DNA of 64,000 nucleotides from Cetorhinus maximus (taxonomy: Eukaryota): assembly GCF_964194155.1 (NCBI RefSeq), contig NC_135886.1:73842001-73906000 (forward strand), given 5' to 3'. The translations under genes were made by a program, and so were the position numbers. Each line of letters begins with the position of its first letter. Position 1 is the stretch's first letter. Shown in pieces: positions 10,601-22,560 of the stretch. The notes beneath the pieces are model-generated. The model made no database searches and was not told the DNA's origin. It saw nothing but the letters and a program-made list of their open reading frames with translations.

Positions 10601-13600
10601 TTCAAGATGCCAATATTTTAGGGTTTCAGACAAATTTAGCTGAGCTTAGAAACCAAAAATCAAATGGTTTATTGTAATATGAGCATTCAGATTATTTAGG
10701 AACCTACTGATGGGCAAATGTATTTTTGTAATGTACTAGCTGCAAAGTGAGTAATTTCCATGTTTTTATTTTGACCTGAGGTTTTAGTCATCTGCCAATC
10801 TCTATAGATTTCCCTCACTAACTGCAGTTAGTCTCAAGATGTGCCTATTCAAAATTTTCTTTTGTGGCATTAAAAGGAGAAGACATTCGGCATGTTTGAG
10901 TAGATCATTCAGCCCTTCAAACCTGCTATGCCACTTAATAAGACTATCACAAGCCCTCTGTAACCTCCTCAAGCTCTACAACCCTCTGATTTAAGTGTTC
11001 CTCTTGTGCATCTGGGAATGATTTCAATCATTCCACAGGCCCTAAGTTCTGGAATTACCATTACTTCCCTAAAACACTCTTCCTTAAAGCCTGCACCTTA
11101 GAACAGATGATCAAAAGCTTAGTCTAATATCTCTGTGGCTTGCTGTTAGATTTTGTTCGATAACATTCCTGTGAAGCATCTTGGGACTTTTCTCCGTGTT
11201 AAAAGGTGCTATATAACTGCAAGTTGTTGTAGTATTTTCTATTTATAAAAGCCAATGTTCCATTAGCCTTGTACCTGATGACTAATTTTTTAGTGGACCC
11301 CTACCTCTCTTAGGACCCCCTGCTGTTCCTAGCTTTTCACAAGGCTGGGTGTGACCCTGTTGTGATTAATTTCATCTAATGTTTACAATCCTATAGAAAT
11401 TCATTGACCTAAATTTATTTTTATTTTCAAAAGGAAAATTTTGAGCTGAATCATGAGACTCTGTACCTGGCAGTGAAGCTAGTGGACCATTACCTGGCAA
11501 TGACGGAGTGTATGAGAGAAACACTGCAACTTCTGGGCTCTACTGCAATCCTCATTGCTGCAAAATTTGATGTAAGCAATTTTACCAGTCTTTATGAATC
11601 TAATTCTTTGGCCTCCTTCCTTCCACTCTCCATAAACTTGAGCTTATCCAAAATACTGCTGCCCGTATCCTAACTTGCACCAAGTCCTGTTCACCCATCA
11701 CCATATCATGGCCAGATTCCTCCTTATCTCAATACCTTTCTCCAGCCCTACAACTCACTGAAATGCTGCATTCCTCCAACATTGGCTCTTAAACATTCCT
11801 CACTTTATTTACCTCACCTTTGGTACCTGTATCTTCAACTGTCTAGGCCTTATGTATTTCAATTCCCTCCCTAGATCTCTCTTGCTTCCTTTTTAAGATG
11901 CATCTTAAAACCTCATGTCTCTTTATTTGACTCACCAGTCAATTTTTCTCGATTATGCTCCTATGAATCATCTTATGATGTTAACAGTGCTAAATAAATG
12001 TTTGTTTATGCTTTAATAGAACAGTCTTTGGGAACGAAGGAGAGATGGCATGTGCTATCACTGAGGGATATGGTATGTGGCACAATGAGCAGAGACACTT
12101 GTTTTTGTTCTGTGCAGTTTGCTAACCTCTGGTATGGCATCAGAATGAAAACCAACCTCATTAAGTTAACTTCCTTATGCTAAAAGGATAGCAACTGTCA
12201 TTAAATCTGTTAAAACGGCAACAGAGTGCCAGGCATTAAGCTGTACGATTCCCCTTCTCTCCCATCCACACGTTCATGCCAAAAAAGTCATTTCCTGATC
12301 TTGGCTGCAATGTCAAGTTGCACTTCGGGCTACTGTAATGCACCATTTTGTGAGTAGTTTAGGATGCTGTAGGGAAAGGTACGTTGACCAATAAAGGGTA
12401 ACCATTTAAATCCTTATCTACTGCACCATAGATATGCAGTCTGTGCTGCTGGGAAGTGACTATTGTTGGGAAGGGGACTTGGTGCCTTCAGTGTGGATTG
12501 GGTTGAATACACATTTACCATTTTTTAGGAGCGGTGCCCTCCATGCGTGGATGATTTCTTGTACATCTGTGATGATGCATACCAAAGGGAGGAACTGCTT
12601 TCAATGGAGGTGAACATTCTCCGATCCCTTAAGTTTGACATCAATATTCCTGTGGCTTATCGATTCTTGAGAAGATATGCAAAGGTTAGTCACCTTTTTC
12701 TAATGTGTTATCTATTATTGGAACTAGAACTTTTGATGTCACTTGCCTGAGTGTACTAGTGGGTGAACATGCTCAATTGACCTCAAGCATACAATTTGTT
12801 TTTACTTTGTTTTTCTCCTCCATTTCCTGAAGGCACTTCTGTTTCTGGCATACAGTTGTATTGGTACCATGCCCAAATGGGTAGTCTTTTTTTTTTCTAT
12901 TTGCTCAGTAGTTAATCACCTGAGATCATAAGAATATCAATGGTGGGGAGCCATCTGGTTCTGCTGGGGCTGAAAGATGATGCAGGTTGTTGGAGCAGTG
13001 CAGAGAGTTTTTCTCATGCTTTTTTAAAAATTCATTCACGGGATGTGGGCTTTGCTGGCTGGACCAGCACTTATTGCCCATCACTAGTTGCCCTTGAGAA
13101 GGTAGTGGTGAGCTGCCACCTTGAACCGCTGCAGTCCATTTGGTGTAAGTACACCCACAGTGCTGTTAGGGAGGGAGTTCCAGGATTTTGACCCAGCGAC
13201 AGTGAAGGAACGGTGATATATTTCCAAGTCAGGATAGTGAGTGACTTGGAAGGGAACGTCCAGGTGGTGGTGTTCCCATCTATCTGCTGCCCTTATCCAT
13301 CAGGATGGTAGTGGTCGTGGGTTTGGAAGGTGCAGTCGAAGGAGCCTTGGTGAATTCCTGCAGTGCATCTTGTAGATGGTACATACTGCTGCTACTGTGT
13401 GTCGATGGTGGAGGGACAATGTTTGTGGATATGGTGCCAGTCAAGCAGGCTGCTTTTTGTTCTGGACAGTGTCAAGCTTCTTGTGTTGTGGGAGCTTCCC
13501 TCATCCAGACAAGTGGAGAGTATTCCATCACACTCCTGACTTGTGCCTTGTAGATAGTGAACAGGCTTTGGGGAGTCAGGAGGTGAGTTACTCGTCGCAG

Positions 13601-16600
13601 GATTCCTAGCCTCTGACCTGCTCTTGTAGCCACAGTATTTATATGGCTAGTCCACTTCAGTTTCTAGTCAATGGTAATCCCCAGGATGCTGTGCCCAATC
13701 TAAAGTGAGTTTTACTGGGCTGCTGTTTTTTCGCAGAATATTGAAAGCACCATAACCTTCACCATTGATCAATACAAAGCTACAAAGCCTGCTATTTGGG
13801 CTATATTTTAAAGGGTCTTGAAGGACAAAAATTATATAAAAATGGGAAAGCATTTTCAACTGTTCAACTGAAACACTGACTTTTGAGAACCATCTCTGTG
13901 TTGATTTACCGAAATAGTCTCTAGTTGACACATCTAAGATTGTAAAGGGTTGCTTGGAGAGTAATGCACTGTCGCATATCACATTCATTATGGGGGGGGA
14001 AATGGGTTGAAGGACTGAGTGTCAATGGATAGTTAACTCGCTGGTGTATCAGTTTTTTTTGAACAGTACAGTTCATGAACCCTTTTCTGCAGTGGTTGGA
14101 AATGTCAGTTTATTTTTCAGTGTTCTGCTAGACTAATCTGCCTGTATTTTCTCAAACTGAATAATGTTTACAGTGTGCTAGAGCCAACCTTGAGACACTG
14201 ACGCTTGCCCGATACATCTGTGAGTTGACCCTTCAGGAGTATGAGTTTATCTGGGAGAGTGCTTCCAAACTCGCGGCATCCTGCCTGCTACTGGCCTTCA
14301 AGATGAAGGAGCTTGGAGGATGGGTGAGTGCTAATTGTCAATTTTCATATTGCACCCTTTTTTCCTTTTGATTCTTTCACAGGATGAGGGCATTGCTGGC
14401 TAGGCCATTATTTATTTCCCATCCTAATTGTCCTTAAAGTTGGTGATGAGCTGCTGCCTTGAACCACTGCAGTCCATGTGCTGGAGGTACACCCATAATG
14501 CTGTTATGGAGAGAGTTCCAGGATTTTGATCCAGTGATAGTGAAGGAACGGTGCTCTATTTCCAAGTCTATATGGTGTGTGGCTTGGAGGGGAACTTGCA
14601 GGTAGTCGTGCTCCAATGCTGTCCTTGTCCTTCTAGATGGCAGAGGTTGTGGGTTTGGAAGGTGCTGTCAAAGGAGCTTTGAGTTGCTGCAGATGATCTT
14701 GCAGATAGTATGTACTGATGCCACTGTACGTCAGTGGTGGAGGGAGTGAATGATTAAGGTGGTGGATGGGGTGCCAATGAAGCAGGCTGTTTTGTCTGGA
14801 TGGTCAGGTCCTCCAAGTATTGTTAGAGTTGTACTCATTCAGGCAAATGGGGAGTATTCCAGCACACTCCTGACTTTTGCCTTTGTAGATGGTGTACAGG
14901 CTTTGGGCAGTCGGGTCGTAAGTTACTTACTTCAGAAATCCAAACCTCTGATCTGTTTTTGTAGCCACAGTATTTATATGACTGGTCCAGTTAAGTTTCT
15001 GGTCAATAGTAGTCTCCTGGATGTTGATAGTGGGGGATTCTGTGATGATAATGCTATTGAATATCAAGAGGAGATGATTAGATTCTATCTTGTTGGAGGT
15101 GGTCACTGTCTGGCAGTTGTGTGGCAAGAATATAGCTTGCCACTTATCAGCTCAAGTCTGAATGTTATTGAGGTTTTGCTGCATATGGACACAGCTCGTC
15201 AGTATGTGAGGAATTGTGAATGGTACTGAACATTGTGCAAACATCCCCACTTCTGACCTTATGTTGAAGGTTATTGAAGCAGCTGAAGATGGTTGGGCAT
15301 AGGACACTACCCTGGGGGACTCCCTGCAGTGGTGTCTGGGACAGAGATCATTGGGCTCCAAAAACCACAACCATCTTCCTTTTATACTAGTTATGACTCC
15401 AACCAGTGGAGAGATTTTACTCCCGATTCTCATTGATTTTTTGGGACTTATTGATGCCACACTTGGCCAAATGCTGTCTTAATGTCGAGGGCAGTTGCTC
15501 TCACTTCACCACCTCCTGGAGTTCAGCTCTTTTGTCCATATTTAAACCATGGCTGTAATGAGGTCAGGGGCTGAATGACCCTGGCAGAACCCAAACTGAG
15601 TGTCAGTGAGCAGGTTAGTGTTTTATATGTGCTGTTCAATAGCACTAACGAGAATCCCTTCCATCACTTTGATTACGAGCAGACTGATGGGGTGGTAATT
15701 GGCTCAGTTGGATTTGACTACATGGTTCTGATACATTTCCTGCTTCTTGACCTCCATTGTTAATGCTCTGAGTCAACTGTTGGGGCATTGGGGTTGGTAG
15801 TCCAATAGATTCTACTTTCCCAAAAGAGAAGGGAGGAAAAAATGGGAAGAGATATCGTCAACTGCTCTGTACTTCCCACGTGGGGGGGATGGGGCAAAGG
15901 GAGATGAATTGAATTGTGCTTCTAGTGGTTATTAGTATTATGTATTAGTACTCCAATGTGCTTCACCACTGTACGCCCTCCTTGCAGTTTAAGTAATCAG
16001 GAAATGCTATTTTGAGAACCGGATAAGCTCATGAATTCATTTTGTTTCACCAGACCTACAGCAGTATTAAACCACAGTAAAATCGGGAATAGAGTTCATT
16101 ACGCCCTCTTGTGTTTCAGACTCCAACTCTGGAACATTACACTGGATACCAGGTCACTGATCTATACTCGCTGACGAGGAGACTGAACCTTTTACTCTAC
16201 AGTAAGCCAGATGAAAAGCTGAAGGCTGTGCGGTACAAGTATGCTCACAAGTAAGAATTTAACTGTGGCTAGCAACATTTCATTACACTGTTTAAGACAA
16301 TCTGAGGAAATGGTACATCTTGCCTAGTTAGTCATGGTCTGAGAACATGGCATGAAAACCCCAGGGGGGAAAAAAGGCTGCGTGAATTCTGATCTAATTT
16401 TATAGAAACCAGTGTGAGCTATTCAGCCCCTCAAGCCTGTTCCACCATCCACTTGGATATGGTTGATCTGTTCCCCAATGCCATTTTCCTCCATTGATTG
16501 GTATCCCTTGATCCATTTACTTATCAAGAATCTATTGCCCTTACTCTTGAAATTTCAGTTAAGCTAACATCCATATGCTTTAGCAGAGAATTCGATTTCC

Positions 16601-17672
16601 ATCACCATTCGCTTCCTGATTTCACTCCTGAATGCTAATTTTAACATTGTATCCCTTAGTCTGAATTCCACCACCAGAGGAAATAGTTTCTTTGAATTTA
16701 CTTAATTTTAAAACTTAAATTAAATAACCCCTCCATCTTCTCTAGTCAAGGGAAGGTGAGCCAAGTTTATAAAAGCTGACCTCTATTTAACCCATTAACC
16801 CCCAGCATCATTCTGGTGAATCTGTGCTGCACTGCTTTATTCTTTCATGGGATGAGAGTGTTGCTGGCAAGGCCAGTGTTTGTTGCTCATCCCTAATTTC
16901 CCTTGAGCTGGTCGTATAACATCAATATTCTTCCTGAGCTGCTGTAGTGCTCAGACTGAATACAGTACTCCAAACAGGGTCTGAGCAAGGCTCTGTACAA
17001 CTGAAACACAACTTCCTCACTTTTGAATTGCAGTCCCATTGTAATACAGGCCAACATGCCATAAGCCGCCTTGATTTTTTTTTTTTGCACCTGTCCACTA
17101 GCTTTGTGGTTTCTGTATATGGGCACCTAAATCTCTTTTCCTCCTTCATGGCTCCTAGTTTCTCATCATTTAGAAAAGAAGCTTTGTCTTTATTTATGCT
17201 TATTTATCACTGATTTAAAGAACAACCACTTGGTTGAAACATCAGATGTCTTTGTATTGATCCATATCTGTCACAGAATAAAGATGGTTGCTGGAATTTT
17301 CTGGCCACTCCCACTGGCAGGACCTTCTGGTCCAGCCAAAGTCAATGGACATTTGAATGGATTGCCGCATCCACTGCAGGGGAACCCACCATAGCTGGGC
17401 TTGAAAATTCCAGCCAGTGATTTTTGGCCCTGGTTAGGGTGTGAGCTTGAGACCTGTGTAGAAGGAACAGGTGGGAGTCTAAACTATAACAAAATCTTTG
17501 ATTTGAAGGTGCTTCTGATTCAGTTCCTTATTCTCTGTATTCTTACATTTTATACATCTATTTGTCCTTAAGGGTTTTGTCTTTAATTGCTTTTAGGGTA
17601 TTCTTTGAAGTAGCAAAAATTCCACCCATGGATGTTCTGAAGCTAGAAGAACAGCTGAAGTTGGACACTTAA
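1586..17672 (+). CDS. CCNB3: G2/mitotic-specific cyclin B3, spliced CDS join(1586-1657,4110-4193,4347-4465,6133-6250,9057-9155,9965-10057,11434-11571,12529-12684,14174-14323,16120-16250,17597-17672), 411 aa
   Basis: B3-type D-box RSAFEDLTN, cyclin box [29 protein letters not shown], C-terminal YAHKVFFEVAK; all introns GT-AG; phases consistent; 1236 nt open frame. Confidence 0.93.
2070..2290. mobile_element. Inverted pair of Penelope-like tail fragments
   Basis: 2070-2170 is the reverse complement of the PLE tail; 2185-2290 is the same tail in forward orientation. Confidence 0.6.
4110..4193 (+). CDS. CCNB3: cyclin B3 exon with destruction box
   Basis: ttcag|GAT...AAT|gtaagt; DDGLHIKRSPSSPQGGPKKRSAFEDLTN. 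Confidence 0.93.
4347..4465 (+). CDS. CCNB3: cyclin B3 Lys-rich N-terminal exon
   Basis: aatag|GCT...AAAAG|gtgacc; open frame, phase 0 to 2. Confidence 0.8.
6133..6250 (+). CDS. CCNB3: cyclin B3 exon
   Basis: Strong pyrimidine tract, cttcag|T...AAG|gtaagg; phase 2 to 0; (S)TGPKASQE...NSTDIK. Confidence 0.82.
6261..7061 (+). mobile_element. 5'-truncated Penelope-like element with GIY-YIG endonuclease domain, flanked by a 15-bp TSD
   Basis: Translates ...NLVYCIRRSQCGLLYIGETKRKLGDRFAEH...LEEQHLTFRLGTLQPSGLN; TAAAGGTAAGGAAGC at 6246-6260 and 7062-7076. Confidence 0.9.
6918..6958 (+). ncRNA. Minimal type I hammerhead ribozyme motif (core variant CUGCCGA)
   Basis: CAGTT-CTGCCGA-A-GGGTC-ATGAG-GACTC-GAAAC-GTC-AACTG: stem I CAGTT/AACTG, stem II GGGTC/GACTC, GAAA, GUC triplet. 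Confidence 0.7.
7870..8397 (+). mobile_element. CR1/L2-clade LINE 3' fragment
   Basis: Similar to 61432-62125, sharing the tail agggatggg(c/t)aa(t/c)aaatgctggcc...cccacatcccatgaa. Confidence 0.75.
9057..9155 (+). CDS. CCNB3: cyclin B3 exon
   Basis: tgtag|TTG...GAG|gtaagc; LSVYDEVDEENLNDPFLNAIYAYDIFSYMKERE. Confidence 0.9.
9965..10057 (+). CDS. CCNB3: cyclin B3 exon (start of cyclin box, MRAIL)
   Basis: gacag|GAG...CAA|gtaagt; [31 protein letters not shown]. Confidence 0.95.
10970..11230 (+). mobile_element. L2-like LINE/SINE 3' tail fragment
   Basis: Ends gtgaagcatcttgggac...ggtgctatataactgcaagttgttgt; related copies at about 5245-5415(-), 11640-12010(+), 39230-39365(+). Confidence 0.55.
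11434..11571 (+). CDS. CCNB3: cyclin B3 exon
   Basis: aaaag|GAA...GAT|gtaagc; [21 protein letters not shown]...AAKFD. Confidence 0.95.
12529..12684 (+). CDS. CCNB3: cyclin B3 exon
   Basis: tttag|GAG...AAG|gttagt; ERCPPCVDDFLYICDDAY...YRFLRRYAK. Confidence 0.95.
13022..13688 (-). mobile_element. CR1/L2-clade LINE 3' fragment
   Basis: Reverse complement of the family at 61432-62125. Confidence 0.8.
14174..14323 (+). CDS. CCNB3: cyclin B3 exon
   Basis: tacag|TGT...TGG|gtgagt; CARANLETLTLARYICELTLQEY...LGGW. Confidence 0.95.
14360..15715 (-). mobile_element. CR1/L2-clade LINE fragment with decayed RT coding sequence
   Basis: Minus-strand ORF remnants (TIDQKLNWTSHINTVATK; IRSEVGMFA) and the shared 3' tail at 14360-14460. 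Confidence 0.8.
16120..16250 (+). CDS. CCNB3: cyclin B3 exon
   Basis: ttcag|ACT...CACAA|gtaaga; TPTLEHYTGYQ...LKAVRYKYAH. Confidence 0.93.
16420..17175 (-). mobile_element. CR1 LINE fragment(s)
   Basis: Minus ORF 16893-17126 KAAYGMLACI...QLYRALLRPCLEYCIQ is CR1 RT C-terminal-like. Confidence 0.7.
17288..17416. mobile_element. Short MITE-like element
   Basis: Perfect 12-bp inverted repeats GCTGGAATTTTC (17290-17301) and GAAAATTCCAGC (17403-17414). Confidence 0.6.
17597..17672 (+). CDS. CCNB3: cyclin B3 last coding exon
   Basis: tttag|G GTA TTC TTT GAA...ACT TAA; (K)VFFEVAKIPPMDVLKLEEQLKLDT*. Confidence 0.92.
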
Positions 17673-18037
17673 TCTAAAGTCCTGAGAGTTGGAGGAAGTA
17701 GTGTTGCATCATCCACGCTCATTAAGCTGATCTTGTATATAGTGTGTAAATACTTGCAGCAGTTGCTTAATATTTCTTTACTGTATCTCTGCTAAGCAGA
17801 AATGATTGTAATTAATCATGGTCACTTATAATGCAGCAAATATTGAAAGTATCTGAATACCAAAATACAAAACTGATAGGAGATTGGAAGAGGCCATTGC
17901 AGACCAAAACACCAAGATAAATAGTGTTTTTTAATGTCTCAAACTTTGATTGCAGTGCAAGAGACAGCTATAGCTACTGGCCTCTTAAAGATATGGCACA
18001 GCTTGCTTTTTTTTTCTGTCTCAAGAATGGAAATGGC

Positions 18038-19087
18038 AATAAATAACCACTAAATACATCATACAGACACTTTGATTTCTTGAAAAAAAAATTATTTAAA
18101 AAAGTAGCAATTCCTAATTTTGTAGATTAAATATGGGAAAAAGTGTTAAAAGATTAATTGTCTGGTTGAAATAATTAAGATATTGGGAGTCCTGTTCTTA
18201 ATCGCACATGACATTCTGTTGTTTATCTACCATTTTGAACAGTGATTAAAGTTCATTTCCTTCCCTGCCCCATTCCTTATTTTTCAAAAATAGAATTTGT
18301 TGCAGGCTGAGACAAGAAAGGAGAAGAGGCAAGAGCAGCTAGGCAATTTGCTCCTGGGTACTTGTCGAGCTGCAACCAAGTACTGGAGAGTGACACAAGC
18401 TAATTTGGTCTAACTTTTAATTCCTCTTATCTTTCCCCTGCAGTTGAAGAAGTGGCTTCATTGCTGCTTGATCCAACCCATCAATTCCACCTTGCTGTGG
18501 AAATAGATACAGGAGAAAATGTGTCCTGCCAATTTACGGTCCTGTGTGCACTCATGCGTGAGTACATGCAACCAAACTATTTAAAAATAAATGCCCAATA
18601 TTTGTTACATTCTTCCTTCACCTATATTAAGAACATTAATACATTTGCTCAGAAGAAGCAACATTCATTAGTCTTGTGCCCCTACTGTTCTTGGTAAATT
18701 ATTGAAGTTTTGTACATTTAAGTATAAACAAAAGGCTGGTGTTCCAGGGACCATTATTGATGCAGATCAACATTTCTAAGTGCAAAATATTTCAATGTTT
18801 CTGTTAGTTGTACCTTTTTGCGTCGTTGTACCTTTTGTGGTGTTTGACTTGTTAATATATGTATTTGAAACTATTTAAAGTGTGCTTTGGAAGCTCATTT
18901 TTGTATGTTCTGTATTTAAGTGTTTTTAAGAAATGGCTCTTATGTAAAAAATGTTTGTATGTATATAAATATATATATGTTTTGGATATCCCTGATCCAT
19001 GCTTTCAGCATCTCTTGTTTAATAAGAACCCTATTTCCATGCTTGTAAGTATGCCTAAATTGCATTTATTTTATTAAATAGATTAAA
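18038..19087 (+). terminator. CCNB3 candidate polyadenylation signals
   Basis: AATAAA 18038-18043; ATTAAA 19073-19078 and 19082-19087 after a U/UGUA-rich 3' UTR and before a GT-rich tract. Confidence 0.5.
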
Positions 19088-20018
19088 TGTATTTACAAAT
19101 GTGGTCTGTGTAGTTTTAAATAGTGATAGAAATGGAAAAATTTTAATGATTGCCAGTCACATTAATCAAAAATGGGCTGCTTGTTCACAAAATATTTGCA
19201 ATAATCCTAGTAGTTTTTTAACCGAATACTAAAATAGATATTTTGCCCAGTGGGTTTGATCTTTGTTCGGGACATTTAATGTTAATTGAACAAGTTTGGA
19301 CTTTCGACACCAATGTTGTCATCTAGCACTGTCCGATCAGAAACTGAGATTTTGAATAAAAACAGATTTCGAGTAAAACACCCTCAATTTTTGCACCAAA
19401 AATGTCTAGCATTTTCCCTTGGTAAATACATTTTGCATCAAATGCTGATTTATGTTAAGAGCTGTCATCTAATGGGTGCTGAGTTCAGACTGACCCAAAC
19501 TTACATTATATGAAGCATAATATCACTGGCTTGGCCTTAAATCATGGTCTATAGACCAATGAAGTTGGAGCTTTGAGCAGAGTGAATCAATGGTTGAAGA
19601 CAAGGGTCAATGTATTGTATTGACTTATGTTCAAGGTCTAAAACTATGCAAGACTCTTAAGATGATTTTCCATCAACTTCAAGACCAAATGCAGAATAGT
19701 CTAGGTGATGTTTAATTTAGATGGGGATTCATGTTCTGTTATTGAAATGACATATCAGGATAGATTTTGCCAGTAGTTGGCAGCATGTGATTAATCACTT
19801 AGTCCCCATGATAGCAAGTCCAGCACTTGCTGCCTTCATTTTACAATTGCTCCATGAACTTAGTTTGAAATTTTGCCAAACATGGCTTTTCTACAGCAAC
19901 ACTCAGTGATTGAAAAGCTAAATGAGGAAGCAGTATGTCTGTGGATGTGTTGTGGGTCACATTAAGAATTCATGTGGGGGACTGATGCCTTTTGGACAGA
20001 TCATTGACTTGTTCAATC

Positions 20019-20295
20019 AGTCAGGATGGTGAGTGGCTTGGAGGGGAACACCGCCACCTGGAAGTTCCCGTCCAAGCCGCACACCATCCCGACTTGGAAA
20101 TATATCGCTGTTCCTTCACTGTCACTGGGTCAAAATCCTGGAACTCCCTCCCTAATAGCACTGTGTGTACCTACACCACATGGACTGCAGTGGTTGGGAA
20201 GGCAGCTCACCAACACCTCTAGTGCAATTAGGAATGAGTAATAAATGCTGCCTTAGCCAGCAATACCAACATCTGATGAATGAATTAAAAAAAAA
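20019..20295 (+). mobile_element. LINE 3' tail copy with fold-back 5' end
   Basis: Same tail family as 61880-62125; 20019-20049 is an inverted copy of 20064-20094. Confidence 0.7.
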
Positions 20296-20299
20296 ATAT

Positions 20300-22560
20300 A
20301 TGCCTAGCACCAAAACATTGCAAGAACCAAAGATCCAAGAGGAAGAAGAATTCCAAAAGCAGCTCATAACCAATCCAGAAAATCTTCGAACACCCAACAA
20401 TGGGATCAAAAGTCACCTGTGCTAGACTCACATACCCAGAACATAGGACTCAAGCATTGTCGGCACAATGATTGGCTTGACGAAAATGATAAATGACACA
20501 AATATGCAATCCCTGGAAGAAAAATGAGCAATCTTTGTTGGCTGGCAGAACAACCCAAGGTTACAAGTCAAGTGAGCAGCATTCTAACAACTCAAGGCTG
20601 ACACCCAAAGACAAATCTGGAAGATAAAGGACATGTGGAAAGAGAAAGCTCGAGAGACAGTACGCTGACCATCATGACATGCAAAGCTTTTTTGAAGCTA
20701 TCAGTGCCATCTGTAGGCCAAGGTCAAATGGACAAAATGTGTTTCTTAAGGATGACAATGCCATCTGCCCATGCTGGAAAGAACAACTTCTCAACTGTGA
20801 ATTCACAGTGGCAGCTGATACTCTCCAGGCTATACCCCAGTGCCCTATGGTAGAATCCACAGATGAACCACCAGGAGATGCAACAAGCAATCAAACAGAT
20901 GAAAAAAAAACCTGCGGCCCCAGTGGTATTCCAGTGGTCTTCAAAGCTGGTGGGCTTTTGCTCATATCAAGATTCCAAGTACTCGTCCTACGGATTTGGG
21001 AGGAAAAATAACTCCAACCCACCCCTACCCCTCATCTTCAGAAATGCAACAATTATAACTAACTTCAAGAAGGGAGAGAAGTCATGCTGTGGAAACTACT
21101 GAGGTATTTCCCTGCTGTACATAACGGAAAATGCTGACACACGTTCTCTTGAATCGCCTACTTTATGTGGCTGAGGAAACCGTCCCAGAGGCAGTGGCTT
21201 TAGACATTCCAGAGGAACCTCTGACATGCTTTGTTGCCAGACAAATCCAAGAAAAATGTCACGAACACACCAGGAACTCTTCTTTGCATTCATCGACCTG
21301 ACCAAAGTATTTGACTCAGTAAATCGCAAGGTTCTGTGGACCGTGTTCCAGAGGTTTGGATGTCCAAGAAACTTCATCACAATCCTGTAATTGCTTCATG
21401 ATGATATGACTGCAACTGTTTTGAGTGAGAGATCTGAAACAGACACCTTCAAAATCCTGATAGGTGTCAAGTGAGGCTGTTTACCTCATCAAAGATCAAC
21501 TTCCCTCTGATGTGACTATTAAATACCACCTAGATGGAAAACTCTTGGTCTCAGTTACCTCCATGCCAAAACTAAATTGGCCACCGGAGCCGGATACGAT
21601 CTACAATTTGCAGGTGCCTGCAGTGCCATTGCCCAGATTTGCAAGTAACTCTTGATCTCTTCAATTCTACATTCAAGAGACTTGGCCTGTCCTTGAATGT
21701 TGCCAAAACAAAACTCGTACATCAACGCAGACCTGGTCAGTCAAATATTTCACCTCCCCCACATGTTGAAGGGGAGACTCTGCAAAATATTGAACATTCC
21801 CCATAGCTTTGCAGCCATCTCTCAAAAGGAGATCCAACACTGGATCAGCGGTGCCAGCCTTCTACAAACTGTGGCAGTCTTTATTGTCAAACATTCACCA
21901 CCATAAGTCAAAAAAAGTCCTGGTGTACAGAGCAGTTATCATCACCACACTCCTGTACTGCACTGAGCTCTGGACTGTATATCAGAGACACGAGTGCTAG
22001 TGAAATTCCATCAGCAATGCCTCCAACGCATCCTCTGGAGTCAATGGAAGGGCTGTTGAACAAAAACTAGTCCACCTATTAAAGCCAGTTCCGCAAGTAT
22101 TAAGTCAAAACTCCCACAAAATCAACTACGATGGACTGGACACTGTCCAGATGGCCAAAAAGTGTTTCCCCTCCAGGTCCTATTTTCTCAGCTCTCAAAT
22201 GACCAGCATTCTAGAGAGGACAACGAAAATACTTCAAAGACACTCCAAAGCACTCCTTGAAGTGTGGTAGCATTGACATCACTGACTGGGAGGAGCTTGC
22301 TACAAATCATTCAAAACAGCGACAACTGTCCATCAAGCTGCGTCATGCTTTGAGCCCAAACGCTTTGATGATGAGGCAGAGCAGTGGCAGAGAAAGAAAG
22401 AAAAAGTAAATCCTGCACCCCAGATCACACTTCCTCTTGCCCCATTTGCCCAAAGATCTGCGGGTTGAAAATTGGTCTGTTCAGTCACATGAAGCCCCAC
22501 GGCAGAAACTCGCAACACTGAGCAGACATCATCCTTAAATCGAAGGACAGCCATTGATGA
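20300..22560 (+). mobile_element. Decayed RTE-clade (BovB-like) LINE
   Basis: Frame-broken RT remnants FRNATIITNFKKGEKSCCGNY, AFIDLTKVFDSVNRKVLW..FGCP, VYRAVIITTLLYCTELWTVYQRH. Confidence 0.8.

Noticed and set aside
14750-15229. 159-aa plus-strand ORF
   Set aside because: Antisense shadow of a decayed LINE RT
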